IMG/VR virus record: IMGVR_UViG_2882613001_000002
Location: 1-64,000 of that record
DNA: 64,000 bases
Direction: 5' to 3' (one strand)
Source of the DNA: a virus
Taxonomy: Duplodnaviria > Caudoviricetes
In this document: positions 46,680 to 55,235 of the stretch, one piece after another
Layout of the letters: each line of letters opens with the position of its first letter
Position numbering within the stretch: the first letter of the stretch is position 1
Notes under the pieces: model-generated
The model's input: only the letters and a program-made list of their open reading frames with translations
What the model was told of the DNA's origin: nothing
Database searches by the model: none
Program-made: the position numbers and the translations under genes

Positions 46680-49069
46680 GCAGAGATCTCAACATCTGGT
46701 TTCAATAGCTCCAGAGACATTACAGCCCGAATGACCTCACTCCGTGAACTGCTGGCAAGATCTCCGCTGTCTTGCTTGGAGAGCCAAACAGCGTCGTCAA
46801 TTAGAGCAAGATAACGCGACAAGACACCAGCGCGTGCTTCTGCGGTGATTTGCGGGTCGCCGTAATCGAGGTCAGCGTAAGGGGAATCCCAAAGCTTGCC
46901 ATCGAAGCATAGGTCCGGCCGTTTCTCAACGGCAATTCGAACAATTTCGAGTGGCCCAGAAAGAAGGAAACTACCATTCACCGTGGCCTCGGAAGGCTTG
47001 ATTTTTTTTGCTGCCAACGCGCGCATAACCGCAGTCTGCTCATCCACGCCTAAGTCATTGAACAGAGAAGCGCGTTCCTCCTCAGGACAAACCGAAACAA
47101 GACAACGAGCCACATCAACTAGAACCGACGTGGCAGTATTGGGCAATGCCTTTAGGTCAAGAGCCGTCTCTTCCCCATAGGCGTCCCGAAAATCCGCGAA
47201 TAATTGAGCAAAGTCGGGCTGTTGGCTAGAGTTGCGAGTCTGATCCGCAGTCATGTAAGCGAGATGCGCTAGGAGCGCGTCCCTTGGTGTCATTGTGATT
47301 GATTCAAAGGTTTTGTGTGCAGGATTGAAAAGAAAATGATGGGTCTTCGTCGTCACGTCACCCATAATCATGGCCCACGGAGCATCTCCCGCTAAATCGG
47401 GGTCCTTGGAGTCGACCTCATATGCGACGACATTCCATTTCATGCCAGTACCGTCATGTTGATACCGGCGACTAAGGAGTGGCGCTTCTCGACGCTCCGG
47501 TGCTGCGGCCTTCTCTGGCTCGGGAGGCGTTGCCGGATCTGGATCAGGCGTATCGCCGCCGGATGTTGCGCCGCCGAGGAGGCCTGGCGGAAGTTGTGCA
47601 TCGCCACCAGATGTCGGTTCCTTGCCCCCAGTTGCTCGTCCGCCGGCGCCGTAGAGCAACTCACGGTCAGCGGCCTCAACGAGCTCCCACCATTTACTGT
47701 CGTCCTGATAGTCAGGATTGCCATCGTGGAAGGCATTGACCATTTCGACGGCGCGAGCGTTGTCCTTGACGATCAAAATTCGTCCGTAGGCGCCTGCAGT
47801 CTTGGAGTGAGGACTCGTCCGTCGGAAAGCTTTAAAAAGTCGAAAGAGCGGTGATTCATTTGGGCCATAGCCAAGATCTTTAGCTTTTTCAGGACGAAGC
47901 GGCCCCTCTCCTCGGATGACTCTATACATTTCATCCCATGTCGGATCTGCACGATCAAAACGATCTTTAGCATAGCTGACCCGGCAATGATCAATGTGGA
48001 TCTCACCAACTATGCGGCCTCGGTTTCGCTGATCGTCAATCGGGTACTCCCGCTCTTCATTTTCCCCATCGCTCCAGGAAAAAAGGTCCTTGTTCCCAAT
48101 CTCAATTTTTCGCCCATTGCGAACAAAATCGATACCGAACTCGGACTGGTCGAGATATCTCTGAATTCCCAGCCACCCCGTAACCTTGCGTTTACGTTCG
48201 ACTACAGACTTAGCGGTTTCGCAATTCGGACATGTTCCGCCCACTTCCGCATCTACGAGCCAACTCATGCAATTGATGCAGTACAATCTGGCTGCGAGTT
48301 CATGATTGATACTGATAACTGCCGGAATATTTGTTCCACCGGGCCCGGGAACAACCCGATCTTCATTCCACAGGCAATGACGTCGCGCCTCGACGCGCTT
48401 GTGGTTCACATAGAGCTCGAAACTGATTGGAATTCCGTTCGGCCGAAGCATCGAAGAGTAAGCTTGCGAGAGCCGTTTGCGTATTGCCGTTTGATTCGCG
48501 TTTTTTGCGAGCCATTTTCTTTGCTCTGGCTTGAGTTGCTTGATCGTAATCTCGGTACCATGTTGATCGGGATCGGCCTTTGCGCGCGACAAACGCGGCG
48601 TCCGAAAGTGACGCTGCAGACGCAACTTGTCGAAATCGATCAGGAGTCCGTGCCACTCACGCTCACCCTTACGCGTAGTCCAAACTTCGGTGACCGAACC
48701 AAGACGAGCCGTGGCGATGTTGAAGCCCATGCCAAACAGCCCAAGGCTATCGATTGGATTATTGCCTGACCAACCGGCGCGTACGGCGCGTTCCAGCATA
48801 TCTGGTGTCATGCCGGGACCATTATCGATAATCCGAAGTGTCGCTCCAGGTGAGTCCGCTTGCGGCAAGTGGACATCGACCTTTGCACCAGCGACCGAGT
48901 TTCCAGCACGTCCTTCTTTCAAAAAGCCGTCAACTGCGTTGTCGACGAGTTCTGCAACGCAGCGCCACTGATCGATGTTGATCTCGCCGAGCATCGGCAA
49001 TACGCGCGGATCAGGCTCGAGATTGAATTCGCTCGCCGGCCGCAGATCGTTCACATTGATGCTCGCCAT
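46676..49069 (-). CDS. MORC/MutL-type GHKL ATPase (797 aa)
   Basis: ELVDNAVD, IIDNGPGM, GLFGMGFNIA, GTEITI; S5-like region with CxxC...CxxC insert; unknown C-terminal half. Confidence 0.85.
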   Translation of the reverse strand: MASINVNDLRPASEFNLEPDPRVLPMLGEINIDQWRCVAELVDNAVDGFLKEGRAGNSVAGAKVDVHLPQADSPGATLRIIDNGPGMTPDMLERAVRAGWSGNNPIDSLGLFGMGFNIATARLGSVTEVWTTRKGEREWHGLLIDFDKLRLQRHFRTPRLSRAKADPDQHGTEITIKQLKPEQRKWLAKNANQTAIRKRLSQAYSSMLRPNGIPISFELYVNHKRVEARRHCLWNEDRVVPGPGGTNIPAVISINHELAARLYCINCMSWLVDAEVGGTCPNCETAKSVVERKRKVTGWLGIQRYLDQSEFGIDFVRNGRKIEIGNKDLFSWSDGENEEREYPIDDQRNRGRIVGEIHIDHCRVSYAKDRFDRADPTWDEMYRVIRGEGPLRPEKAKDLGYGPNESPLFRLFKAFRRTSPHSKTAGAYGRILIVKDNARAVEMVNAFHDGNPDYQDDSKWWELVEAADRELLYGAGGRATGGKEPTSGGDAQLPPGLLGGATSGGDTPDPDPATPPEPEKAAAPERREAPLLSRRYQHDGTGMKWNVVAYEVDSKDPDLAGDAPWAMIMGDVTTKTHHFLFNPAHKTFESITMTPRDALLAHLAYMTADQTRNSSQQPDFAQLFADFRDAYGEETALDLKALPNTATSVLVDVARCLVSVCPEEERASLFNDLGVDEQTAVMRALAAKKIKPSEATVNGSFLLSGPLEIVRIAVEKRPDLCFDGKLWDSPYADLDYGDPQITAEARAGVLSRYLALIDDAVWLSKQDSGDLASSSRSEVIRAVMSLELLKPDVEISA

Positions 49070-49160
49070 TACACTGATTCCCCATTAACCTCAGGATATT
49101 CATTCAATATCTCCGTACGATATGGAGGCCTCAGGTTGAACACAAGCGAAGGAAGAAGAT

Positions 49161-49862
49161 TTGACTGTAGGTACTCCAGTTCCCACGACTTCGGAACTCG
49201 AAGACTACCTCGAGCGCCTGCGGCCGACAGTAGACGAGACGATCGACAGGCTAGGTGCAACCCGCTTCCGGGAAGATCCCATCGCGGGTAGAAAGTACTC
49301 CCGTGCGACCTCGATTATCAGCTCAGCCTACAAAAGACATGGCGCCATCCTTCAAAGGGCCCTACTTGAGCGGCTTAAGGACTGCGCAAGGTTGCGCGTT
49401 TGGACAGAGGACGACTTCAAGCTTTCACATGACACACTCCGGGAGGTCCGGATCGCGGAGCGGCTAGACTCCTTGTTGCAAGCGCACCTTCCGTATGGAG
49501 ATCGTGAACGCTCCGTGCGCGTCGACATCTTGGTATTCGACGAGGTAAGTCGCTCCCTAAACGCCTACAATGTCAAACGCGGCAACGGCTCATACGATGG
49601 AGGAAAGCGGCGCCTTATTCACGAAGAGCTCGTCCGCACCCAGATGCTTCTCAGCGATTACGGCCGCGGGCTTGGGCTCTGGTCGGAGACGAGCAATGCT
49701 CACGTCATCTTCTACTACGGCCTTCTATCGCTACCACCGCCACTTGCGATCTCTGGTTACGATCTCGACGAGCATTTCCAATTTCCTGTCCATGAGGCAA
49801 TCGAACTCGTTAACGCCTATTTCGTTGCGCGGTTATCAGCGCTCATCGAGCAGGAAGACTAG
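49161..49862 (+). CDS. Putative PD-(D/E)xK-fold protein
   Basis: VRVDILVFD...AYNVKRG; divergent from MORC operon. Confidence 0.55.
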   Translation: MTVGTPVPTTSELEDYLERLRPTVDETIDRLGATRFREDPIAGRKYSRATSIISSAYKRHGAILQRALLERLKDCARLRVWTEDDFKLSHDTLREVRIAERLDSLLQAHLPYGDRERSVRVDILVFDEVSRSLNAYNVKRGNGSYDGGKRRLIHEELVRTQMLLSDYGRGLGLWSETSNAHVIFYYGLLSLPPPLAISGYDLDEHFQFPVHEAIELVNAYFVARLSALIEQED

Positions 49863-50054
49863 CCCCACCAATGTTATAGGTAGCTCCGTGCGCACGTTGC
49901 TCGGTCCCCGATTGCGGTTCGATCCCAGTCCTATTTGAATAGGTGGGACCAAGATCGGAAACATTTCTTGCCGCACTCTTTTCCCGTTTTCTTTCAATGT
50001 CTTGGAAGAAATTCACCAAACCAATGCAGTTAACAGGTCCGGAGAATTTCGGGC

Positions 50055-50167
50055 CGAGAGAACGCTTTCGGGTCTCCTGACACCTGTGGCGGTGCCTAGC
50101 CTGCCCCGCAAACCCCTTTGAAAACACGAAAAAATCCAGCCGCAGCCGAATCGAGAGAACGCTTTCG
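50055..50167. repeat. 16-bp direct repeat CGAGAGAACGCTTTCG (x2) next to the att-like site
   Basis: Exact copies at 50055-50070 and 50152-50167. Confidence 0.7.
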
Positions 50168-50177
50168 CGGGGGCAAG

Positions 50178-50196
50178 TGGCGGAGGAGGTGGGATT
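50178..50196 (-). other. 3'-terminal tRNA fragment (Ser-like), att-site remnant
   Basis: Minus strand AATCCCACCTCCTCCGCCA (T-arm 3' side, acceptor strand, G discriminator, CCA); upstream lacks GTTCG so it is not a full tRNA. Confidence 0.7.
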
Positions 50197-50251
50197 TCGC
50201 GCCCTCGATAGACCCTTTATTTGCAAGACATGAAATAGAGGTGTGCGCCAT

Positions 50252-50275
50252 TTTGTGACCCAATTTGTGATCCAA
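50252..50275. repeat. Tandem 12-bp repeat resembling tyrosine-integrase arm sites
   Basis: TTTGTGACCCAA / TTTGTGATCCAA, 55 bp from the tRNA remnant. Confidence 0.5.
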
Positions 50276-50576
50276 TTCTGATACCTTTATGTTACGGCAC
50301 CTCACATAATCTGCAGGACATTCATCTCTATCCGTCAGCACCTCGCGCGCGTTCAGGTTCTCACGCCCTACAGGCGTCGATGGGCTGCTTGAGCGAAATT
50401 CGACATTCGATCATTTGCCTCTTTACTGCGCAGCGCCAGCAGACCGGGCGGAGAGCAGAAGTTCGCTGCAATGCAGCCGAAAGACTGGATGTTTCACCAA
50501 AGCGGACATTTAGGCTTCCTCTTGAAAGCGTATCGTAGAAAGCAGATACTCAATCGACAGATGAGGTTGAGCGATA

Positions 50577-51653
50577 GTGTTTCATGCGAGTGAGGATAGT
50601 CTAGACGACCTATTGAGGGCCGTTTTCAAGCAGCTGCTCACAGGGCGCGGGAATTTTGAAGTCGAATCCAGCAAAGGTAGAAGCACTGAGGTCTTCGGTG
50701 CGCTCTTAGAGCTCAAGAACCCGCGCGCGCGACTAAGCAGATCGTTTTCGAAAGCTAAAGCCTTTAGTCCACTTGGCGAGTTGTTTTGGTACTTGGCGGG
50801 CAGCGATAGCGTCGATTTCATCAAACACTACATCCCCAACTATCCAAAACTGATAAAAGACGAAGTTACTGCAAATGGGGCCTACGGACCGCGAATATTC
50901 GGAAAAGGGGCACTAGAAAAGCGTGACGAAGTTAGCGAGTGGGATCGGGTGATCCGTACTTTGCGTGAGCGAGAGGGCTCGCGCAACGCAATAATACAGA
51001 TTTACGCTAACTCCGATGCTAGGCCCGAGAACGGCGACAAGCCTTGTACCTGCACCATTCAATTTGCGGTTAGGAATGGGCAGTTGTTGATGCACACGCA
51101 TATGCGGTCCAATGACGCATTCTTCGGCCTCCCGCACGACATTTTCACTTTTACTATGCTTCAGGAGGTTGCGGCTCGTGAACTTGGGTTTGGGCTGGGT
51201 AAGTATACCCATTCTGTGACAAGCCTACACTTGTACCATGACTATGCGGCAACTGAGGGTCGCCCAGCGAACACTTCAACATCTGGCGCCAAAGCGTACT
51301 ACAGGGAGGGTTTCCATGATTTCTCGCCAATGCCTGAAATGCCATCAGGAGACCCATGGCCGAGCATAGAAAAGGTAAAAATGGCAGAGCAAGAAATCCG
51401 ATCTGGCAACATCGAGTACATCGCTCCAACAGACCTTGATCCGTACTGGCGCGACTTCATTGAGCTTTTCAGAATCCACAAAATATTTGAGGAAATGAAG
51501 AAGCGCGGAGATGGCCTTAGAACCGAGAGGCCCGAGCTGCGCAGAGTTGTGAAGGTCATGAAAGAAACTTCACCGACCTATCGGATCTACATCCTCGGTA
51601 GGCTCGAAAGAAAACAATCCCCCGTTAGGGATCTATTTGAGAATGTAAGTTGA
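50577..51653 (+). CDS. Thymidylate synthase superfamily protein, dCMP (hydroxy)methylase-like
   Basis: ELFWY, YGPR, KPCT catalytic Cys, MRSND, GLPHD (Asp at the E. coli N177 position), SLHLY; extra C-terminal domain; GTG start. Confidence 0.85.
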   Translation: MFHASEDSLDDLLRAVFKQLLTGRGNFEVESSKGRSTEVFGALLELKNPRARLSRSFSKAKAFSPLGELFWYLAGSDSVDFIKHYIPNYPKLIKDEVTANGAYGPRIFGKGALEKRDEVSEWDRVIRTLREREGSRNAIIQIYANSDARPENGDKPCTCTIQFAVRNGQLLMHTHMRSNDAFFGLPHDIFTFTMLQEVAARELGFGLGKYTHSVTSLHLYHDYAATEGRPANTSTSGAKAYYREGFHDFSPMPEMPSGDPWPSIEKVKMAEQEIRSGNIEYIAPTDLDPYWRDFIELFRIHKIFEEMKKRGDGLRTERPELRRVVKVMKETSPTYRIYILGRLERKQSPVRDLFENVS

Positions 51654-51663
51654 GAGGTGGGTC

Positions 51664-52602
51664 ATGAACGGTGTCCACAAAGACAGAATAGACGAGTTCC
51701 TCGGAAAGATTGGCCAGATTGACGCGCAATTTGGCCCACTCCCCAGTATTGCAACAGCCCAGCGGAGACGTTGCTGGGCGCAACAAATCGTGTCCAGCCT
51801 ACGTCGAATTTCATATACAGACACGTTGTTGATGCGTAGAGTGAATGCGGCGAGGTGTGATCCGCATTCCGGTATTTTCGACCCGGTACGAGGGGCGCTT
51901 CACTTTCAGAGAAGCGGACAACTCGATGAAGCGGTCTGGTTAACTTTCGTCCTCACCCATTTTGGAAAACACGCGGTAGATGAATGGAAGCTGGCTGCAA
52001 ATGTCTATGGTTCGTTTAGCGTGGGACCAGTTTGGACGTTCGCACAGTATACTGCAGACCGTGCAGGGTTCGAGAACATGTTGGCCGCAAACTCTGGCCG
52101 GTTGGCGGACGCCAACATTTCGGGTAGTTTTTCTAACCACCGCAAATTTCAGAGCAAGAAACATCAAGCCATAGCGAAGACGTTTCGCACGTACTATGAG
52201 TGGCAGACTGAGTTCGGCGGATTTCGTGATCGAATGATCGCGACACATGCAAGTTTCGGTCAGGAACCCGAAGCGGCTTTCGATGCTCTCTACAAGTCCA
52301 TGAAGGGGGTTTTTGGCTTCGGTGGAGGACGCCTCGGAAGGTTCGATTTCCTTACGATGCTCGGCAAACTTCAGCTTGCTCCGATTACACCAGGCAGCGT
52401 CTACTTGGATAAGGCAACAGGACCTCTTGCAGGGGCACGGCTTCTGTTTTTCGGTGATCGCGACCATCACATTACCGGTAGAGCCTTGGAGCCTCACGTT
52501 GATGCCTTGGACGGGGTTCTTGGCGTGGGAAAACAGGTGATCGAAGACAGCCTTTGCAATTGGCAAAAAAGCCCTGATGTTTACGAGTATTTCCGAGGTT
52601 GA
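51664..52602 (+). CDS. aGPT-PPlase clade 3-like protein (HhH glycosylase-related DNA base hypermodification family)
   Basis: FDPVRGA, DEAVWLTFVLTHFGKH, NHRKFQS, GRLGRFDFL, ATGPLAGARLLF, EDSLCNWQKSP, recognised from memory of the family. Confidence 0.7.
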   Translation: MNGVHKDRIDEFLGKIGQIDAQFGPLPSIATAQRRRCWAQQIVSSLRRISYTDTLLMRRVNAARCDPHSGIFDPVRGALHFQRSGQLDEAVWLTFVLTHFGKHAVDEWKLAANVYGSFSVGPVWTFAQYTADRAGFENMLAANSGRLADANISGSFSNHRKFQSKKHQAIAKTFRTYYEWQTEFGGFRDRMIATHASFGQEPEAAFDALYKSMKGVFGFGGGRLGRFDFLTMLGKLQLAPITPGSVYLDKATGPLAGARLLFFGDRDHHITGRALEPHVDALDGVLGVGKQVIEDSLCNWQKSPDVYEYFRG

Positions 52603-53708
52603 GAAGGGACCGGCAGTTTAGTGCTCCCTTCCCATTTGTAACGGCGCTTTAGATCATTAAATTGGTGGGGCTGGAGCGCCCCAGCTTTTTGAAGCTGTCC
52701 GACAATAATTCCCGGTGTGACCCCGGCTTTTCGAGCGATTCTCCGTACATGAGGACGGGTCGGCATTGCGTTTAACATCTCATCTCGCAAGTCAGCCGAA
52801 ACAAGCGTATCTTGAGCGAAAATGTCAGCTTCGCCTTCGAATACAGACGCTCCTAGCGGTGACGGATCAGCGCCATCCACCGAAATGTGGTCAGTGCCAT
52901 GCAGAACCACGTGTGCGGCCTCGTGGAAAAAAGTGAACCAAAAATGGTCTTCACTTAAATAGCGAAAGCTTAGCAAGATAATCGGGTTGCCGTTTGGGGA
53001 TGTCCAAGTGGCACCGCTTGCTCTACAACCTTTCGGGGCCTTCGAGCTTACCAGGCCAACACCTTCCTCAGCGCAAGCTTGCTGCAGTTTTGGAAAGAAT
53101 AACTCCGGGCGCTTGAGCGCACATAGCTTCTTCAACTCAGTCAGACGTTTCTTGAAATTGCTCGCGGAAAACTTCGCCAAGGTCAGGTTTTCAGCTTGCA
53201 TCTCTCCGATACGCAGCCAGGCCAAAGTCGCCATCTCGTCGGCCTCAAAGGCAAAAGATGTTCGAAATGCAACTTGGCCTATCCCAGCGGAGTACCGCTG
53301 GTTCCAACCGCTGATGCTATCGCATCCAAAAAAGTTCAGGATGTCCTCGGATAGACGCTCACCGCGAGAGCCTTTCGGCAGCCAACCGAGTTCTCGGAGG
53401 GCTCGAACTGGAAACGACTGCCCCCACCTAGACAACTCTTCGGTTGGCGCAGAACCTGCAAGCCGCGCTCTATCTCCCAGAAACTGGTTATAGCGTTCAA
53501 TCCAGAACTGGCGTGATGCACCAAGCTCCGAAGATAGGGCGTCTGCGATTTCTTCGGAAATCACAACGCGCCCTTCCATTATTCCAGAAAACAAGTCTTC
53601 TTCGAACCCGATGCGTTCGGCCAAATCGTGAATTGATTTTTTTCCAGCCGCAGCCAGCCTTGCGATTGTGTCGCCCGGTGGGGAAGCCCAGTTTGGTTCA
53701 AACATCAA
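52581..53708 (-). CDS. HigA-like XRE HTH fused to ImmA/IrrE metallopeptidase
   Basis: FEPNWASPPGDTI, HTH, WFTFFHEAAHVVLH (HExxH), EGEADIFA. Confidence 0.88.
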   Translation of the reverse strand: MMFEPNWASPPGDTIARLAAAGKKSIHDLAERIGFEEDLFSGIMEGRVVISEEIADALSSELGASRQFWIERYNQFLGDRARLAGSAPTEELSRWGQSFPVRALRELGWLPKGSRGERLSEDILNFFGCDSISGWNQRYSAGIGQVAFRTSFAFEADEMATLAWLRIGEMQAENLTLAKFSASNFKKRLTELKKLCALKRPELFFPKLQQACAEEGVGLVSSKAPKGCRASGATWTSPNGNPIILLSFRYLSEDHFWFTFFHEAAHVVLHGTDHISVDGADPSPLGASVFEGEADIFAQDTLVSADLRDEMLNAMPTRPHVRRIARKAGVTPGIIVGQLQKAGALQPHQFNDLKRRYKWEGSTKLPVPSQPRKYS

Positions 53709-54028
53709 GCAAACACCTCCCCTTCAATTACGATAGCTTTCAGGTGGATTCGATGAGCATCTTTCCACGCTTCGTCTCCAACGCCGGATGCAGCTATCAC
53801 CGTCTTCAGTGTGCAGCCAGTGGATACGAACCAGTCCAGCTCAAAGGTGCCTTCTACTTTCGTCGCCGAAAGCGGTCCCATAGGTACGTCACCGGCAAAG
53901 AACGCCGCCCTGAAATCCGCCACCAAACCAATGAACGCCTGACCGTCCTCACTTCCGAGGTGACGGTAGGCTTTCTTGCGTTCTGTTGCCAAGTCCCTCA
54001 TGAGCTTGCTCGAAAAAGTCGGTTCCAA
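53705..54028 (-). CDS. HigB/RelE-like small partner protein
   Basis: Probable TTG start (MEPTFSSKLMRDL...LVADFRAA); ATGA overlap with HigA-IrrE gene. Confidence 0.55.
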   Translation of the reverse strand: MEPTFSSKLMRDLATERKKAYRHLGSEDGQAFIGLVADFRAAFFAGDVPMGPLSATKVEGTFELDWFVSTGCTLKTVIAASGVGDEAWKDAHRIHLKAIVIEGEVFA

Positions 54029-54567
54029 GGATCCAGCATCCCAAAAGTTGCACAAAATGGAGCCTTGGAAGGCACGTCGCTTACAATATCTTCCCAGCAG
54101 TCATACATGCAGCGGGTGTAGCGGGCGTGGTCGCGAAAGTCACTAGCGAACTGTCGTGCGGATAGGACCCGCTGGCAACATCTGCCACACTGATCTGTTT
54201 GGGAACGATGCGCAGAGTGGCTCAATGCCGATGCTGACCAAGGAAAGGGGCTCGATGCGCGAGCGCCTCCGGATGTACCTGATGGACTATCAGCTCTATG
54301 CGGGCCTCTTCAGTTGCAGGGCGTGCCGCGCTTCCTTCTCGGCGGCTGTATCCTTCACCCTGTACAAGGCGCGCGAGGTTTCTGCGCCGTCGCCAATTCT
54401 GGGTAATGCTGCGCAGTGTCTATACGACTGCTATAGAGGAGCTGGAGCGCAGCATTATGATCCTCCGCGAAGGTCAGCTCTGGGCCGGTCGTGTCGTTCA
54501 GCCACGATAAGGCTCTGCCGATCAGCGCACCCGCTCCCTGTGTATTCGGAGCGTGTCGTCAAGTTAG

Positions 54568-54587
54568 GCGGGGCGTTTCCGCCCCGC
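54568..54587 (-). terminator. Hairpin ending prophage 2 lysis operon
   Basis: GCGGGGCG-GAAA-CGCCCCGC just after the spanin stop; weak U tract. Confidence 0.5.
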
Positions 54588-54592
54588 TCAAG

Positions 54593-54775
54593 CTACCGGC
54601 AAGCGCCGGTCATGGCTGCATCGGTGACAGCAACCCAAGCGCCGAGGGACGTGTCGGGCAGCGGGCGGGGCATATGGCTGCGCTCGGCGCCATAGGTCTG
54701 GCATCCGGCCCCGCTCGGGATCTCCGGCGCACAGGCGGCAAGCGCCAGAACGATCAGCACCGCACCGCACCTCAT
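54593..54775 (-). CDS. Putative o-spanin lipoprotein
   Basis: VLIVLALAAC lipobox; C-terminus similar to 6374-6616. Confidence 0.65.
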   Translation of the reverse strand: MRCGAVLIVLALAACAPEIPSGAGCQTYGAERSHMPRPLPDTSLGAWVAVTDAAMTGACR

Positions 54776-54999
54776 TTCCAAGCCTCATCATTCTGGCGTG
54801 CGATCTGTTCGGGCGACTGATCGGAGCGCAGAGCGTCGGCTGCTGCCGCCCTGCCCCGATCCGCCCGGTGATCTGCCTCGCGCGCCTGGTCGAGCCGCGC
54901 CGAGCGGCGGCCGCCCCGGCGCGCGGCGACCACGGCCGCCATCACCAGGGCCACGCCCGCCACCAGCTTCAGCCAGATCCGCGACAGCAGCGCGCTCAT
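54772..54999 (-). CDS. Putative i-spanin
   Basis: N-terminal TM, then charged helix similar to 6504-6734. Confidence 0.6.
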   Translation of the reverse strand: MSALLSRIWLKLVAGVALVMAAVVAARRGGRRSARLDQAREADHRADRGRAAAADALRSDQSPEQIARQNDEAWK

Positions 55000-55205
55000 G
55001 TCGTGCCGCCCTTCTTCTTCACGATGCGACTGGCGGCAAAGGTGCCACCAAAGACCGACAGCCCCGCCAGCACCTCGACCAGCGGTTCGATCTGAATGGT
55101 CAGCGTCCCGGCCTCGGGATTGAACGTCGCCCATCCCTGCCCGGCCACGAAGGCCCCGCCGAGGTAAAGCGCCATGCGAATGAACAGGCCAATGCTTCCA
55201 GCCAT
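54996..55205 (-). CDS. Holin-like two-TM protein
   Basis: Two hydrophobic segments, basic C-terminus RIVKKKGG. Confidence 0.6.
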   Translation of the reverse strand: MAGSIGLFIRMALYLGGAFVAGQGWATFNPEAGTLTIQIEPLVEVLAGLSVFGGTFAASRIVKKKGGTT

Positions 55206-55235
55206 GTGAGTGTCTCCTTTCTGAAGGTGTTGAGA

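Larger units (their letters stand above)
1..50177 (-). mobile_element. Prophage 1 (lambda-type siphovirus with GTA-like tail tip, serine recombinase module and R-M/MORC cargo); left end lies outside the window
   Basis: Contiguous minus-strand replication-packaging-head-tail genes 1-39349, recombinase module 39546-41903, cargo up to the tRNA-like remnant at 50178. Inclusion of the cargo in this element is inferred. Confidence 0.8.

Noticed and set aside
49095-49111. GATATT-N5-AATATC inverted repeat between MORC and the divergent gene
   Set aside because: Only 6 bp per arm in AT-rich DNA and no controller protein nearby; could be chance.
50178-50196. Complete tRNA gene
   Set aside because: Only the last 19 nt are present; no GTTCG T-loop, anticodon arm or D arm upstream.
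50440-50510. GCTGCA-A-TGCAGC palindrome and CCAAAGCGGACATT motif upstream of the TS gene, reminiscent of small intergenic repeats
   Set aside because: Single copy in the window; cannot be assigned without a genome-wide search.
50577-51653. Ordinary thyA
   Set aside because: PCT, RSND and PHD replace PCH, RSCD and PFN; accessory context.
54056-54567. Plus-strand ORFs 54156-54695 and 54298-54510 (CxxC after a purine-rich RBS-like stretch)
   Set aside because: No recognisable family; the longer ORF runs into the spanin terminator and gene; possibly a decayed fragment.
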